A stretch of DNA of 64,000 bases from Podarcis pityusensis (Eukaryota), in the NCBI GenBank assembly GCA_964106645.2, contig OZ067038.1; one strand, written 5' to 3'. The position numbers were made by a program, and so were the translations under genes. The notes under the pieces are model-generated. The model did not search any database. It saw nothing but the letters and a program-made list of their open reading frames with translations, and was not told where the DNA came from. Positions 49,774 to 63,707 of the stretch are shown here, piece after piece. Position 1 is the stretch's first letter. Every line of letters starts with the position of its first letter.

Positions 49774-50149
49774 CAGATATTTGTATTTATGTGATGGTGT
49801 CAACATGGGAAAGTAATGAGAGATCAGGAATTTGTAGTGCAAGTGATCATATTGGTTGATGTGTAATCATCTTACAAGGGTACCTTTGACCTTGAAGCCT
49901 ATGTGAAAATATCCATATGCTGTTCATGTGATTTTTTAAAATGAGAGGTTGAATCACCTGTCTTGAATGCTTGAGCTGAGATTCCTGCAAAGCAGGGGGC
50001 TGCATTAGATGAGGCTTGAAGTCCCATCCAACTCTACCATTCTATGATTCTATGAATGCTGGGGGGGGGGGAGGTTTAAGAATCATATGGATGAAATTGA
50101 ATTTGAACTGAACATGAACCAAACTACCAAACACACCAGACAACAATAA

Positions 50150-50964
50150 TAAATTTAATAATAATAAATTTTATTTATATCCCGCCCTCCCCAGCCGAAG
50201 CTGGGCTCAGGGCGGCTAACAACAATCAAATAATCAAAAAATAAAATAATCACACAATCTAAAAATATTTCATTATAAAAATTAATTAAATCAAATTGAT
50301 GGCAACCAATTAAGCAAAGTTCTGTGCAGGTTGCCAGAGGAGGGAGTCAGGCTGCGCCCTGATCAAAGGCCTGGCGGAACAACTCTGTCTTGCAGGCCCT
50401 GCGGAAAGATGTCAAATCCCGCAGGGCCCTAGTCTCTTGTGACAGAGCATTCCACCAGATTGGAGCCGCAGCCGAGAAGGCCCTGGCTCTAGTTGAGGCC
50501 AGCCTAACCTCTCTGAGGCCTGGGACCTTGAGGATGTTATTATTTGCAGACCGTAGGTTTCTCTGTGGGGCATACCAGGAGAGGCGGTCCCGTAGGTACG
50601 AGGGTCCTAGGCCGTATAGGGCTTTAAAGGTTAAAACCAGCACCTTAAACCTGATCCTGTACTCCACCGGGAGCCAGTGCAGCTGGTATAGTACCGGATG
50701 AATGTGATCTCGCAGCGAAGACCCCATAAGGAGTCTCGCCGCGGCATTCTGCACCCGCTGGAGTTTCTGGGTCAGTCTCAAGGGCAGCCCCACGTAGAGC
50801 GAGTTACAATAATCCAGTCTGGAGGTGACCGTCGCATGGATCACAGTGGCTAGGTCAGGGCGAGAGAGATAAGGGGCCAACTGCTTAGCTTGGCGGAGAT
50901 GAAAAAATGCCGCCTTTGTTATAGCTGTAATCTGCGCCTCCATAGAAAGGGAGGTATCGAACCA
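50150..50964 (-). mobile_element. Young L2 LINE 3' fragment
   Basis: Open frame HATVTSRLDYCNSLYVGLP..LQRVQNAAARLL..LHWLPV..RAFSAAAP.WWN; L2 3' UTR. Confidence 0.92.
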
Positions 50965-52230
50965 CAATGAAACAACAGTGAACAAATGGATGACATTAAA
51001 GAGGAAAAAGAATAAGCAGAAACGAAAGGACAGCGCAAACCAACACAGCCAAGCACTGCTCACAGAACAGTCCTGTCAAATATATGACACAAAACTATGA
51101 ACCAACCTCAGCTAAGCCCATACACCATAGATTGACAACCCTGCAATAACTACCATTGCGTACGAAGCAGCTGGAAACCACCTTGATCTGACAAACTCTA
51201 CCCCCTGCTATTATTATCACTATTACTGTTACTATCTCCCCCACCCCTTCATAGAGACCCCACAACTCCCACCCTCACCCGAATACTAACCCAGTTGACA
51301 CTCTTCCTTTCTCTCCAATCCCACCAACACCTTCCCCACCCCCACCACACTGCCCCACTGAAAAAATAAGCACACAAATAAAAAGAAAACTCACCTCTGC
51401 CCCTTCCTTCAACACACAAATGCAACAAACAAAACACACAGGTAAAAAAAAGAAGACAGAAAAAAGGAAACTCATACTAACGAAAACGATACCCCCAATC
51501 TCAATAAAACAACCAATAAACAGGCTACAATCTGACACACAACAAACATAGTGATAGCACCAGAGCATGCCAATACCTGTATCCCCATCCTAACATCCCA
51601 AAAAACCAACAATGTTGGTAGCTATACTGCCAACATTGTTTATAAACCTTGTACCCAACACAAGCACCACAACGGCACTTGACACCACCTCACTGACCCT
51701 CCCCTATCTCAAGTGAAAGAGAGAAGTCCTGTTCCTAAACAAGGCCCTCCACACTGGCTGAGACCTAGCACCAACTGGTTGGAAGCCAAACGGTCTAAAA
51801 TACCCCTATATAACTACATATAGGCTACTTTGTGTAATCTACCCCCCCCACTCCCCAGCCCAACTCTAACTCTAATTTCCCTCTTCCCCTACCCATCACA
51901 CTTTAGGTCAGTGCAACACAGTTGGTTCGATAGACAATATAAGGTGAGAGATACAGGACAACCCAGACGGGTTTGCAGGGAATCATCTTATACAGTAGAT
52001 ATGCAGAATGGCTACCTTAAAAGCAATCACACTAAATGTGAGGGGGTTGGAAAACCCTATCAAAAGAAAATGCATCACCTCATACATAAACACCATGAAA
52101 CCACACATAGCCTTCCTACAGGAAATACATAATCCACCCAAAGGAAGCAAATACCTAAGTGAACACCCCTTCAGTCAACAATGGGTTGCATCTGGCTCAG
52201 GAAAGGCTAATGTAGTAGCCATAATACGCA

Positions 52231-52522
52231 GTAAAGGTAAAGGGACCCCTGACCGTTAGGTCCAGTCATGGATGACTCTGGGGTTGCGGTGCTCATCTCG
52301 CTTTATTGGCCGAGAGAGCCAGCATACAGCTTCCGGGTCATGTGGCCAGCATGACTAAGCCGCTTCTTAGTCATGAGAACCAGAACAGCACATGGAAATG
52401 CCGTTTACCTTCCTGCTGGAGCGGTACCTATTTATCTACTTGCACTTTGACATACTTTCGAACTGCTAGGTTGGCAGGAGCAGGGACCAAACAATGGGAG
52501 CTCACCCCATCATGGGGATTCA
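52231..52522 (-). mobile_element. Sauria SINE, 5' truncated
   Basis: Reverse complement of the 10529 copy; TSD approximately AATACg/tCAGTA. Confidence 0.88.
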
Positions 52523-52602
52523 AAATACTCAGTAGAGACCTGAATTTTAAAGCCACAACAGTGCTAAAAGACAAAAGAGGCAGATTCATTTTTGCCAAAG
52601 GG

Positions 52603-53077
52603 TTTTTTTTTGTTTGTTTAGTCGTTTAGTCATGTCCGACTCTTCGTGACCCCATGGACCAGAACATGCCAGGCCCTCTTGTCTTCCACTGCCCCCCGCA
52701 GTTTAGTCAAACTCATGCTGGTAGCTTCGAGAACACTATCCAACCATCTTGTCCTCTGTCGTCCCCTTCTCCTTGTGCCCTCCATCTTTCCCAACATCAG
52801 GGTCTTTTCTTCTCATGAGGTGGCCAAAGTATTGGAGCCTCAGCTTCACGATCTGTACTTCCAGTGAGCACTCAGGGCTGATGTCCTTAAGAATTGATAG
52901 GTTTGATCTTCTTGCAGTCCATGGGACTCTCAAGAGTCTCCTCCAGCACCAGAATTCAAAAGCATCAATTATTTGGCGATCAGCCTTCTTTATGGTCCAC
53001 TCTCACTTCCATACATCACTACTGGGAAAACCATAGCTTTAACTATACGGACCTTTGTTGGCAAGGTGTTGTCTCTG
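52603..53077 (-). mobile_element. BovB 3' fragment
   Basis: RVPWTARRSNLSILKDISPECSLE..LRLQYFGHLMRR; BovB 3' end. Confidence 0.9.
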
Positions 53078-53506
53078 GAGGGACCTGTCAGGAATAAACA
53101 TGGAACACTGGTATCAGGCAGTATGGGAAACAACCTTACTAAAAAAGCTAGTCAATAGACTGAAACTGACACAAGGACAAATAGAAGAGGACACCTTCAT
53201 TCCAGTATGGCTCCCCTTTATCACATACACAGTCCAACAGGACAACAACATGAATCCACTGACATAATATCATTCAAAATAGCTAACTTAACAAACAAAT
53301 CCCACTGCAGCCAACCAGAGACAATCAACCACACCCTAGGCCACCCCAGCCTCTCCCACCATAGGAAACATAACAAGTGACTAGAAAGAGAACCTACCCA
53401 AGTGATGCTGACACAACCCCCCCCCCACATATACTAAGCAAAAGAACATAAGCTTTACCACCCCACCCCACTGGCCCGTCCCCTCTCTTTTCTTCCCAAC
53501 CCTATA

Positions 53507-53747
53507 CAGTGGTACCTCGAGTTACAAACACCTCAGGTTACAAACGCTTCAGGTTACAAACTCTGCTAACCTGGAAGAGTTACCTCGAGCTGAGAACTTT
53601 GTCCCAGGATGAGAACGGAAATCGTGCGCCGGCAGCGCAGCAGCAGCAAGAGGCCCCATTAGCGAAAGCACGCCTCTAGTTAAGAAGAGTTTCAGGTTGA
53701 GAACGCACCTTCGGAACGAATTAAGTTCGTAACTAGAGGTACCACTG
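53507..53747. mobile_element. Tigger-like MITE; same family at 60322-60536 and ~39535-39741
   Basis: TA-CAGTGGTACCTC..GAGGTACCACTG-TA. Confidence 0.85.
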
Positions 53748-53856
53748 TACTACATATAACACCAATGTCTCACAACAAATGTAACTGATCTGTAGAAAAC
53801 ACGACCTGAAGAAAGAGACAATGCATGTGCTTTTGTAAACAAGGAATGTCTTTAAT

Positions 53857-53860
<4 letters not shown>

Positions 53861-53904
<44 letters not shown>
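53861..53904. repeat. (TC)n microsatellite
   Basis: Seen directly. Confidence 0.95.
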
Positions 53905-53907
<3 letters not shown>

Positions 53908-55099
53908 AGCATGAACCAAACTAATTGTTTTTGTAAATGGATGAACATGAATTTGAATTAATTCCATTTTGGACATGTTGAACTAGCTCCTTTTTAAGAA
54001 TAGAGCTTTCCAAGAACCTGCTATTTGGCTTTTTGGTTCATTTCCTCACCGCCCCGCACCCACCAGCTGTCCCCGCTTCCCGGTCCCCTCATGCCCTCCT
54101 GGGCTGGACGACAACCGTGGTCCTGAGCCTGCATGACTTTGGCCCACTGCAACTGAGACAGCGCAGGCTCCTGGCTGCATCATCGTCAAGGCAGGGAAAT
54201 GAACTGCCAGCTGTCTGCACGCACATAAGTGTGCCTGCGCATGCCTGCTCTCTCTACTTGCCACCCAGCCCCATGCACTCTGCAGACCCGCTGCCTTGCT
54301 CAGCCTCTCTCACTCTCTCGCACCCGCGCCTGCCCACTCGCTCCGACACCATGGGCACCAAGTGTGCCATCGGCCTGGATGCACATCCGGAAAATAAGAT
54401 TACACAGGGCTGGACGTGTCCTGCAAAATGAAAAAAATGTGCCTGGATGGCTGGGTTGGATCTAAAAAAGAGGACAGGTCTGGGAAAACCTGGACTCAAG
54501 CTGTCTAACTAAGGAGCTTTGTTGGGCTGAATGGTGGGATATATATATTTAAAAAGAATGAAATATTGAATAAAGTTAACAGTAAAGGAAATCTTGCAGG
54601 TGACTGGATCAAATACATTCAGAAGGAGTGGGAGATTTTCTTTGTTTTGCAAATCTGGACCTCCCAAGGAGAATTCTTTTGCTGACGTAGAAAAGAGGAC
54701 CTTGTGTAATTAAATGTTTTGTTTAGAAAGGATTCTTTAAAATTTGGGCCTAATTAACTCAAAATATGCAAACTGGTTCTTTTTTATAAAAGAAAATGGC
54801 TAAAATACACTAAGGAACTGTTATGGTTTGCATTAAAAAGATTATTGTGCTAACTTTCATGCCAACATCTGGTAAGGCATGGAGTAGAAGTCCTCTCTCT
54901 CTCTGCCAAAGAGAGCATGGAAAGTATTCAGTATCAATGCGTATCATCATTTTCCGTTTAGATGGTTCTCCTGGTGCTGCTGCTTAGCTCTTTTTCTTGC
55001 TAGTAGAAAGGAAGAAGGGTTCATATCTCAAAGATTCAGGGCTACTGGCAGGATCCTTTAAACCTGGTAGAGCTTTTAGCTCTGTGTGTGATTCTGCAT

Positions 55100-56430
55100 A
55101 ATTCTCCATTTACCTGGTATCTCTTCTGGTTCCATTTTCACATTTTACAGTTAAATCACAAATCTAAATTTACACATCAAAACACCAATCATCGGCCCCC
55201 CTCCCCCTTTCTGCGGTTACGTATGTTATATCTTTCCCCATTGCATATCCAGTTCATATATATTTACTAGTCGTCCTTTATGTTCTGTTTAAGTTTTTCT
55301 CACTGCACATTTTTATTTCAGTCCTGCTAGTGATTTAAGTTGTTTACAATAATTATTCAGATAATCAATAATCTCCCCCCATTCTATATTAAAGCATCTC
55401 TCTTACTGATTTCTTAATCTCCCGGTAAGTTTCACCATTTCTGCACACTCCATCAGTTTATGTTGCCAATCTTACTTAGTTGGAATTGTTTCTTCTTTTC
55501 ATCTCTGGCCATATAACGTTCGAGCAGCCATGGAAGCATACATAGCGTAAATAATTTCCTTTGTTCTTTGGGTATCTCTGAACCTATTATTTCTAAAAGA
55601 AAATCTTCTGGATTTTTACAAACATTATTTTCAGCATTTTTTTTCAACTGTATATATCATTTTCCAGTATGCTTTTGCTACCTTGCAAGACCACCATATA
55701 TTTGAAAAGTACCCTCTTTCTCCTTATACTTCCAACAGGTATCAGATTCTGACTTATACATTTTTGCTAGTTGGTATCTGACTCCTAGTAAACTATCTAT
55801 ACATCATTTTCATATAATTTTCTTTTCTCCTGTAACATGCAGTAAATTTCATGTCAACCTTCCACAATCGCTCCCACTCAGTTATTTCAAGATTATGACC
55901 AATATCTATTGCCCACTGTATGCCCATTGATGATCTATTGCCCAGTGTGTCATTGAAGATTTCACCTGTTCATCTTTTGTTTGCCATTCTAGTAGCATCT
56001 TAAACATTTTAGACAGTGGTTTATTATTATCTAGCAGGTCTCTTTCCAAGGACTCTTTTGAGTCACAAAACCATTCCTCTTATCCAATATGAATACCTCA
56101 TTAAGCTGATGATACTGCAACCAACTTGTTACTATTTCTGCAGCCTCATCAAATCTCTTTAGTTTAATCTCACCATCCACTTCTGTTATTACATTTCTAT
56201 ATGTTACTCAGCCTTTTCTCATGTTCCCTTTTTAACCTCTATGGCTTCTAAAGGTGAGAGCCAAAAAGGTGCTTTCCTTTCCAGAAAGTTTTTATATTTA
56301 TCCCATACACTATATAGATTTTTCCTAATTACGCGATTCATGAAACTTTTCTACATTTTATTCTTTCCCTACCACACATATGCATGCCTGCCATATATAT
56401 TATAATGACCTTCTAAATCCAAAACCTATG
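55100..56430 (-). mobile_element. Old L1 3' fragment
   Basis: Degraded ORF2 C-terminus (LDLEG..WLSP.EA..KFTAC..CWK..WWSC..KNPEDFLL), homologous to the 43397 L1. Confidence 0.8.
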
Positions 56431-56468
56431 TGTACACATTGTTGCCTGCTACCCCAATCTCCAAGTGG

Positions 56469-57145
56469 TGTGAGGTTCCAGGGCTTCCAGGGTTCATTTT
56501 CCATGGAATGAGGGACAGCAGAGACTGTGATGTCTTTTTGATATATGGTTTATTTACACATCTATAGAACCTGGGCCTACAATGGAGTTGCTCCCAGCAT
56601 CAATACCCCAAGAAGGTCTTGCCTCTCCCTTAGTTAAATCCTTGGATTCGAGCAGAAGTCAAGGATGACGCTTGTTCTCTGGTTTCTGCCCAGCTCACAC
56701 AACTCAACTCTGGCCTTTGTCCTTCCCACTACTAGCCAGGTGAGAGAAGGGGCCCACCCATTTGCCATCTGGCACAAAGCCATTTCCTTTGTTACGGTAA
56801 GGAGCGGACTTAGGCCCCTAAACTCACCAAGAAGCTGGCCGGGCTACTTGCACAACTGAATCCTCCATTAGATTTTAACCCTTGCGGGATTCCAAGAATT
56901 ACAAGGGACTCGGGCATCATGCAGACTAACCCTTCAAACTCACAACAATATACAAATTGGTTCCTTGGCATCTGTCTGTCTCGAGAGACACTGGAAGAAT
57001 GTGTGGTGAAGTCAAACTGTACAAGAAGCAACTGCTCCCCCAACCCCCTTAGATCTACTTATCGTCCACATCCACCCTTACATTCACGTAGAGAAACTGC
57101 AGCAATGCAGCTCTGGGATTTTAATGATTTCTTGGGACTATAACA
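56469..57145 (-). mobile_element. Possible solo LTR
   Basis: TG..CA ends; AATAAA on the - strand near 56550; no TSD resolved. Confidence 0.4.
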
Positions 57146-57881
57146 ATTTCATTTAGAAATACAATAAAAGAGCTTTAGCATAGCAGAGTGGCTAATAGAC
57201 TGAGCTGCATATTAGGACATCCCCAGTTCAGATCTCAGCTCCACTTTAAAAGTAATGTGATGCACTTAAAAGAAGTGTATCCATGTGAGGTTACATCATA
57301 CCCTCTAACATTTCACAGATGAAAACTTTGACATTCTCACAATGTCCCTATTATCACAAAAAGGGTCACTTTGCAAGCCCCACATTTCCCACTATGACTC
57401 AGTGCTGAAGGTGCTAATTGTCTGCTGTAAGTCATGTGTTCGCCTGCTCTGCAACAGCCTGTCTTCCACTGATCTAAAATATTTTGGTTAAAGATACACT
57501 TCAAAAAAGCAATTTGTCCCATGAAATGGTATCAATAGTTCAAATATACTCTGGCAGCTGCAGTATGTGAAATACCAGGCTGCACATGCATTGTGTTGCA
57601 CGGTGCCGTAGTGTTCATGTGCATATATTTACTTGCACATCCACCTACCTCCTCAGAGATTTAATTTATAGAGATCCTGAAAAATGACAAGGCTGGCAAC
57701 TCACACTAACAACAACAAAAAAATAGCAAGGAATTCCCCAAAGGCAAAACAAAAAGCGCAGGTACTGGAAAATAGGGATTGTAGCTGGTGAAGAGAGGCT
57801 GCTGAAGCAAGTGCAGTAGTTTCATTTTAATATCAAGTAAAATTATCACATGCCAGGAACCCCCACCTTGAAGCTTGTGGT

Positions 57882-58273
57882 CAGGGCCGGATTTAGGTTT
57901 GATGAGGCCCTAAGTGACTGAAAGTAATGGGGCCCTTTATATGTCCAGCTGTCCTGTGTCAACAACAAATTGTCGCTGTTTTTTGTGTTGTGCTATATGG
58001 TAATTTATGGAACTAATAGGTATCTAAAGCCATTTGCACATAACAAAATATGTGATATTTTAGGGAGCAGACTAGCAGGTGGGGCCCATTACTTACATCA
58101 TAGGAGCCTACACAACACAAAACACTGTTGCTGTATCTAGGTTTTATTTTATTTGTTTTTTATCTTATATTCTGGAAATGTACATCCAGGTTTTTTCCTT
58201 TAAATTTTTTTGGGGCCAAGAGAGTGGGGCCCTAAGCTATAGCTTGTTTAGCTTATACGTAAATCTGGCACGG
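57882..58273. mobile_element. hAT MITE
   Basis: Termini CAGGGCCGGATTT / AAATCTGGCACGG; degenerate 8-bp TSD CTTGTGGT / CATGTGGC. Confidence 0.65.
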
Positions 58274-59453
58274 CATGTGGCGCATGCAAGTGGAACACCC
58301 CAGGGCACTTCCACATGAAGCCGCCTGCCAATTTATTCCCCCTTTTTATTCCACTTTTATCAGACCATGTGATGACACTTTCCACACCCTTCTGGATCTT
58401 ATATTTTCCACATCCATGGTATCGCATCCACACCAGAGGGTGGTGCATGTCGGAAAATGACTATCTAGTACAAAACCAATACAAAACTGGAAACCTTTAG
58501 CCAAAGAACTGGCTGATTAGTCCAAACCCATGAAAATTCAGCCCTACCACCACTGCCTTTTGGCCCTCATCGTCTCCTGTGAGCAGCGGGGCCACAATGC
58601 TGCTTTGACTGCAACTTGGAGAAGAAGAAGGAAGGAGGTAAAAGTCTCAAAGTAATAAGTCATCTACCAACAAGTAGTTATTCATTGCAAGCCTTGTTGG
58701 TTTACTCCCAGCAAAGCTGGCGGCTTCCCCCCCATAATCTGGTCTGCACCTTCTTTATTTCCCTGAGAAACTAAATGCTCTGAGCCATCCCACCGGCTCT
58801 GCCATGGCAGAAGGCTTCACTGGCGGAAGAGCAGAACAGCAGGTGTGTGGTGAAAACTAATGCATAACATACCCGAATACAAATTAACTATTTCTCTTTA
58901 ATATGCTCCAGTGAAAACATATTTAAATCTGATTTATTGTGCCTCAGAAACCAGAGTTTTAGAGCTAGATTAATGGCCGTTTTCAAAGTTACATCATGCA
59001 CACAAATTGTCAAGACAGAACAGTACTAAAATTGCAAAGGACAGTTTAGTCATAGTCTCTTGTTAAAGGAATGAAATGACTGCTGTTTCTAAGTAACTCA
59101 GCACGATAACCTAGCAGATAGGTTGCACAAGGAATAAATCTGGAAATTTTTACCATCTTACGTAGTACCGTAGCAGTAGAGATGGGAGTGAATGCATCGT
59201 ATTACATGAGCAGGCTGTATATTTTAAACAACTGAGATGTGACTCCGGCTCATGTCTCTGCTCTGAGTTAATGAGAGTGGTTTTCGCCGTAGATCATACT
59301 TTCACACATTGCAGGAAAATTTAGTTTTACTTGCACTAGACATAGTGGGAGTTGGGACTAGTTCCAGTGGACTATTTTTTCCACACAGAGGAATGGCCTG
59401 TAGGGTAAGATGCTTCCCTGCAGTCTCTTGCAATTCAATTTCCCATAGTTGAA

Positions 59454-59494
<41 letters not shown>
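59454..59494. repeat. (TAA)n microsatellite
   Basis: Seen directly. Confidence 0.95.
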
Positions 59495-60321
59495 TCCCCT
59501 GTCATTGTTTGCATGCAAATTCAATATATGAGGTTTACAAAGGCACAGCAGGATAACATATTGCATTTCATATGGATAATTACCGTATGTAGTTATTAGA
59601 CTACAGTACTCTTTTAAAACCAACATGTTGATGTCAATAATTCTGAAAGTCCAAATAATCTCAAGGACTGAATTTGAGCCCCAGACATCAGATTCTATAA
59701 GAGCCAGCTACTAGGGGCAGAGGTCCCTTTGCCCCCCCCCCCCCCATAAAATATTTAATGGGCATTGTTAATGGGCATTGCTATTCAAATGGTTTGCATG
59801 CGCTGCGTTATGTGATCAATTATACCGAGTGGGGCTTACCTGCCCCCCCCCTATTTTATTCAAGTTGCATCCCTGTCAGATTCCCTACCCCTGATCTAGA
59901 CTTTGGAAAACTTTCCAAAATGTGTATTGAAAGTGCACAGTCGTTTGCAGTTTTGTATGGGGGCACTTGCCAGAATCTGGCAGATGCACCCACAAGAAAA
60001 ATATGTTGGGACGTGCCATTAGACTAAAAATTACCATTCTTATGGGTGTTGGAAAATGTTATTTTTAAAAAATATTTCTGTAAGATCTGTACGTAACTAT
60101 AGGATCTATCTTCCTTTCCTAGAGTAACTAGGGAATCAACCCATGCTGCGGGTTCAACATTATCTATCACAATTCAATCTGTCTTTCTAATTCCTCTTTT
60201 TCCTTATTTCTAAGAAGCAGAGGGATATTTATGGGCGTATGTATGACAAGGCGGAGGGAGAAAATGTCAATCAGTTCTTTTCTTTGCATTCTGCTGATAG
60301 ATTTCCTATCCTTTCCAGATA

Positions 60322-60536
60322 CAGTGGTACCTCGGGTTACAGAGGCTTCCGGTTACAGACTCCGCTAACCCAGAAATAATACCTCGGGTTAAGAACTTTG
60401 CTTCAGGATGAGAACAGAAATCGCGCAGCAGCAGCGGGAGGCCCCATTAGCTAAAGTGGTGCTTCAGGTTAAGAACAGTTGAAGGTCAAGAATGGACCTC
60501 TGGAACGAATTAAGTACGTAACCAGAGGTACCACTG
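60322..60536. mobile_element. Tigger-like MITE
   Basis: TA TSD; CAGTGGTACCTC TIRs. Confidence 0.85.
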
Positions 60537-62859
60537 TAAATTGAAACTGGCTGTCAGAGTTCCCATCCTTCCACACAATTTCATAATAAGACCTAGGGTC
60601 CAGACAGATATTCCAATCCCTGAAACAATGATAACGTCACCACACTATTGTTTGCCTGGACATGCAGTCACAAATGCTCAAAGCCTGAATGTGTTCTATG
60701 CTGGAAATTTTAAGTTAGGTCTGTTTGTACTCAAATGTGGCTTGGCTTTGTCTTGAAGCTATCTCTCAAAGACTTGTATCAAAAAGTGGCAGGTGGGGGG
60801 AGCATTTCCTCCTGTGCCAGCGCTGTCATTTTTCACTGTGTGGATATTGCTGATCCTTGGTTTCTTGCTGGGTCCAGTTTCTGCTTGCTTGCAAACTTCT
60901 GCAAAATGATTCTGCATTTTTGCAATTGTGACAGGTCTGTAGAAAAGCAGGGCACCGCCTGGATCTGTGTCTACTTCCACAGCATGAACAATAATTTGTG
61001 TTGTCATTTGCAGGTTCATTCTGGGGTTTTCTTGTACAGTTCAAATTGCAAAATTCTGCCCTTTTGAGCCTGCATGCCCCATCAGCACTGAGACTGGGCT
61101 GACCCACTCCACTCTTGCATGGTTGTCTTACTTTCCCTCCAAAACCTGCATTCTGGTCTGGTTTAGTTTTCCAGCTTGGGAAAAAATCTGATTGATTTTT
61201 CTGTTTAAATCTAGGTTCTCAAAGTACCCTGTGCAAAACCAAAGTTGGGGCCCGCTGCCCCTCACCTTCCATTCTACTCTCTTCACTATGTCATAGTTGT
61301 GATGCCCTGCTGTCCCCCCCCCCCCCAGGCTTGGCACCCAGTGTGGTGGAACTGGGCATGCCGTCCTAAATCCACACCATCCTGAATACTGGACACCAAT
61401 TACAACTTGAGAATATCCCAGGTTTCCAAAATTGCGCAGATCTGTAATGGAAGATTCAAATTTCCCCCACTTTGCATGCACTTTCATATAAAGCTGACAG
61501 ATCCCAAAGAATATGTTTAGTTTAGTTTAGTTTAGGGGGTGAATTATACCTAAAATTCCTGCAACTCTGTCTCATAACCATTTGACAGATTCTTAACTAA
61601 CAAGAACAAAACCTCATTTCACTGTCAACTGTGGTACGTTTGTATCTTTCTGTCTCTTGGCAACTGAAGGTCCCATTATTTCTCATCTGCACTTTCATAA
61701 TTCTCACCCAAATGGCATTATAAACAAAGAGTGTCTTGTCAAGGCTTCACTCTGATGACTTCAAACTGTTCAAGATAAGCTTTTGGCAGTTCTGTATCCG
61801 GCTCGCTTGTGGCAAGCTGAAACATGCTGCTTTTGTGTACGAATGCATTTGTTTTTCAGTGCTTCAGGGCCACAGTAAATGAAGCAGTTCAGCTGACTGC
61901 CCAAGAAAACAAAATTTAAAGTCTGCAAGTGTATTTTTTTCTGGCACTTTTATGTTTACTCCAAACCATGGGATCTTGAAAGCAGCCAGATGTGCCATGA
62001 GCAGGCCTGGCCCTGCCTTTACTCAAAGGGAGCATCAGGTGCTAGGTGGGCAGGGACAGCAGCTGCCTCTGGCTGTTCCTCCTAAGCCCCAGGGCCGCCA
62101 CCCCCCCCCCACTGTAAGAAGAGTTGCAGGGCTTTCTCTGCTACATGGCCAAACAGCCCTGGATAACCCCTGTATGAGCCTGCTGCCTCAGGTACAAGGG
62201 GGACACCTGCCCATCTGCAGAGCTGAAGTAAGATCCAGCTGCCAGCCCTGGAGCCTCCGTAGGTGGAGAGAGGGAAGGGGCTCCGTGTTGTCTTTTGCCT
62301 CAGGCAGAAGCATGTCTTGGGTTGGTCCTGACCAGGAGAAGCCATCTATACCCAATCTCTAATTCTGTCTAACAGCATTTGTACCTGGCTTAAAACACCA
62401 TTAGTGGTACCACACTAGCGCTGGAGTAAACGATATTGTGTACACAGCCTTAGTCTTTCACAGACAATACTTATTTTCTCTCTGGACTCTTTCCTTCCCT
62501 CTGTTGTGTTTCCTTTCTTGTTGCTGGCATTAACATAAAATCATAGCATTGTAGCATTGGAAAGGACCCAAGGGGCATCTAGTCCAACCCCCAAATGAGA
62601 AGAGAGGCCAAAGATTCAAATGATGCAGAGATCCACTGAAGGAAGCTAGAGATTTCCAAAGAGAAGGAGCCCTGGGAGAGAGCAAGACGCTCATTTTCTG
62701 CTCCTAAAGAGAAAGTTCTGCTTCCATCCACTTTCTGACTAGCAGGAGGAGGCCCAATTATAGTGGTTCTGGGTATGGCGTGGGTGGTGGGGCACATGGC
62801 ACAGGCAGTGAGTGACTGTGCTGTGTGCCAGCCCCTCCCCCTCCAGGGGAATTGTGGTT

Positions 62860-63707
62860 GTCATCAGCCGCCCTTGGGTCTGCAGCTGCTGTTGAATGCC
62901 AGGTCAGCACAGAATAAAACCGCTCTCATCCATGATCTGATTATGGATGAGGAGGCTGATTTGGCTCACTATCACTGAAACCTGGGTTGGTGAACAGTGT
63001 GGAGTTGATCTCACCCAGCTGTGCCCACCTGGGTACTCAGTGCTGCATCAGGCCAAACGTGAGGGTCAGGAAAGGGGAGCTGCTGTGGTCTGTAGAGATT
63101 CACTCACTATCTCCAGGCTCTCTGTCCAGCTGTGGGGGAATCTAGAGTGTGTGTTCCTGGCATCTGGCAATCAGGACAGATTAGGGATTCTTCTGGTTTA
63201 CCGTCCACCTTGCTGCCCAGCAGTCTCCCTGCCTGAGCTGACAAAGCTGGTCTCGGAGGCAGTGTTGAGGACTCCCAGACTGCTGGTTCTGGGAGACTTC
63301 AACATCCATGCTGGCTCTGGGGTGGCTTAGGACTTCCTGGCCACCATGACAAACATGGGGCTGTCCCAACATGTCACTGGCCCAATGCACATGGCAGGCC
63401 ACACTCTGGACCTTGTTTTCTCAACTGGGCAGGAAGAGGGTGATCTGAAGGTGGAGGACATTGACATCAGTCCCTTGTTATGGTCAGATCACTTCCTGCT
63501 GAGATAGAGGCTGTCAGTACCTTTCCCCCTCCGTAGAGGGGGGGAGACCTATTAGGAAGGTCCGCCCTTGGAGGCTGATGGATCCAGTGGGATTCCAAAC
63601 GGCTCGGGGGGGGGGGTTTCTGGCTGATATGACTGGCGCTCCTGTCGAAGCCCTGGCCAACCTCTGGAACCCCCGAATGGCTCGAGCCATTGACATGATC
63701 ACACCTG
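62860..63707 (+). mobile_element. L2 LINE endonuclease region
   Basis: LLNARS.QNK, ITETW, LLVYRPP, LGDFNIH, GHTLDLVF, WSDHFL. Confidence 0.88.

Larger units (their letters stand above)
52008..53400 (+). mobile_element. L1 ORF2 remnant: EN N-terminus and extreme C-terminus, interrupted by a Sauria SINE and BovB
   Basis: MATLKAITLNVRGLENPIKRK..FLQEIH; ..DKRGRFIF; after the BovB fragment, WRD..WYQAVWE..FIPVWLPFITY. Confidence 0.8.
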
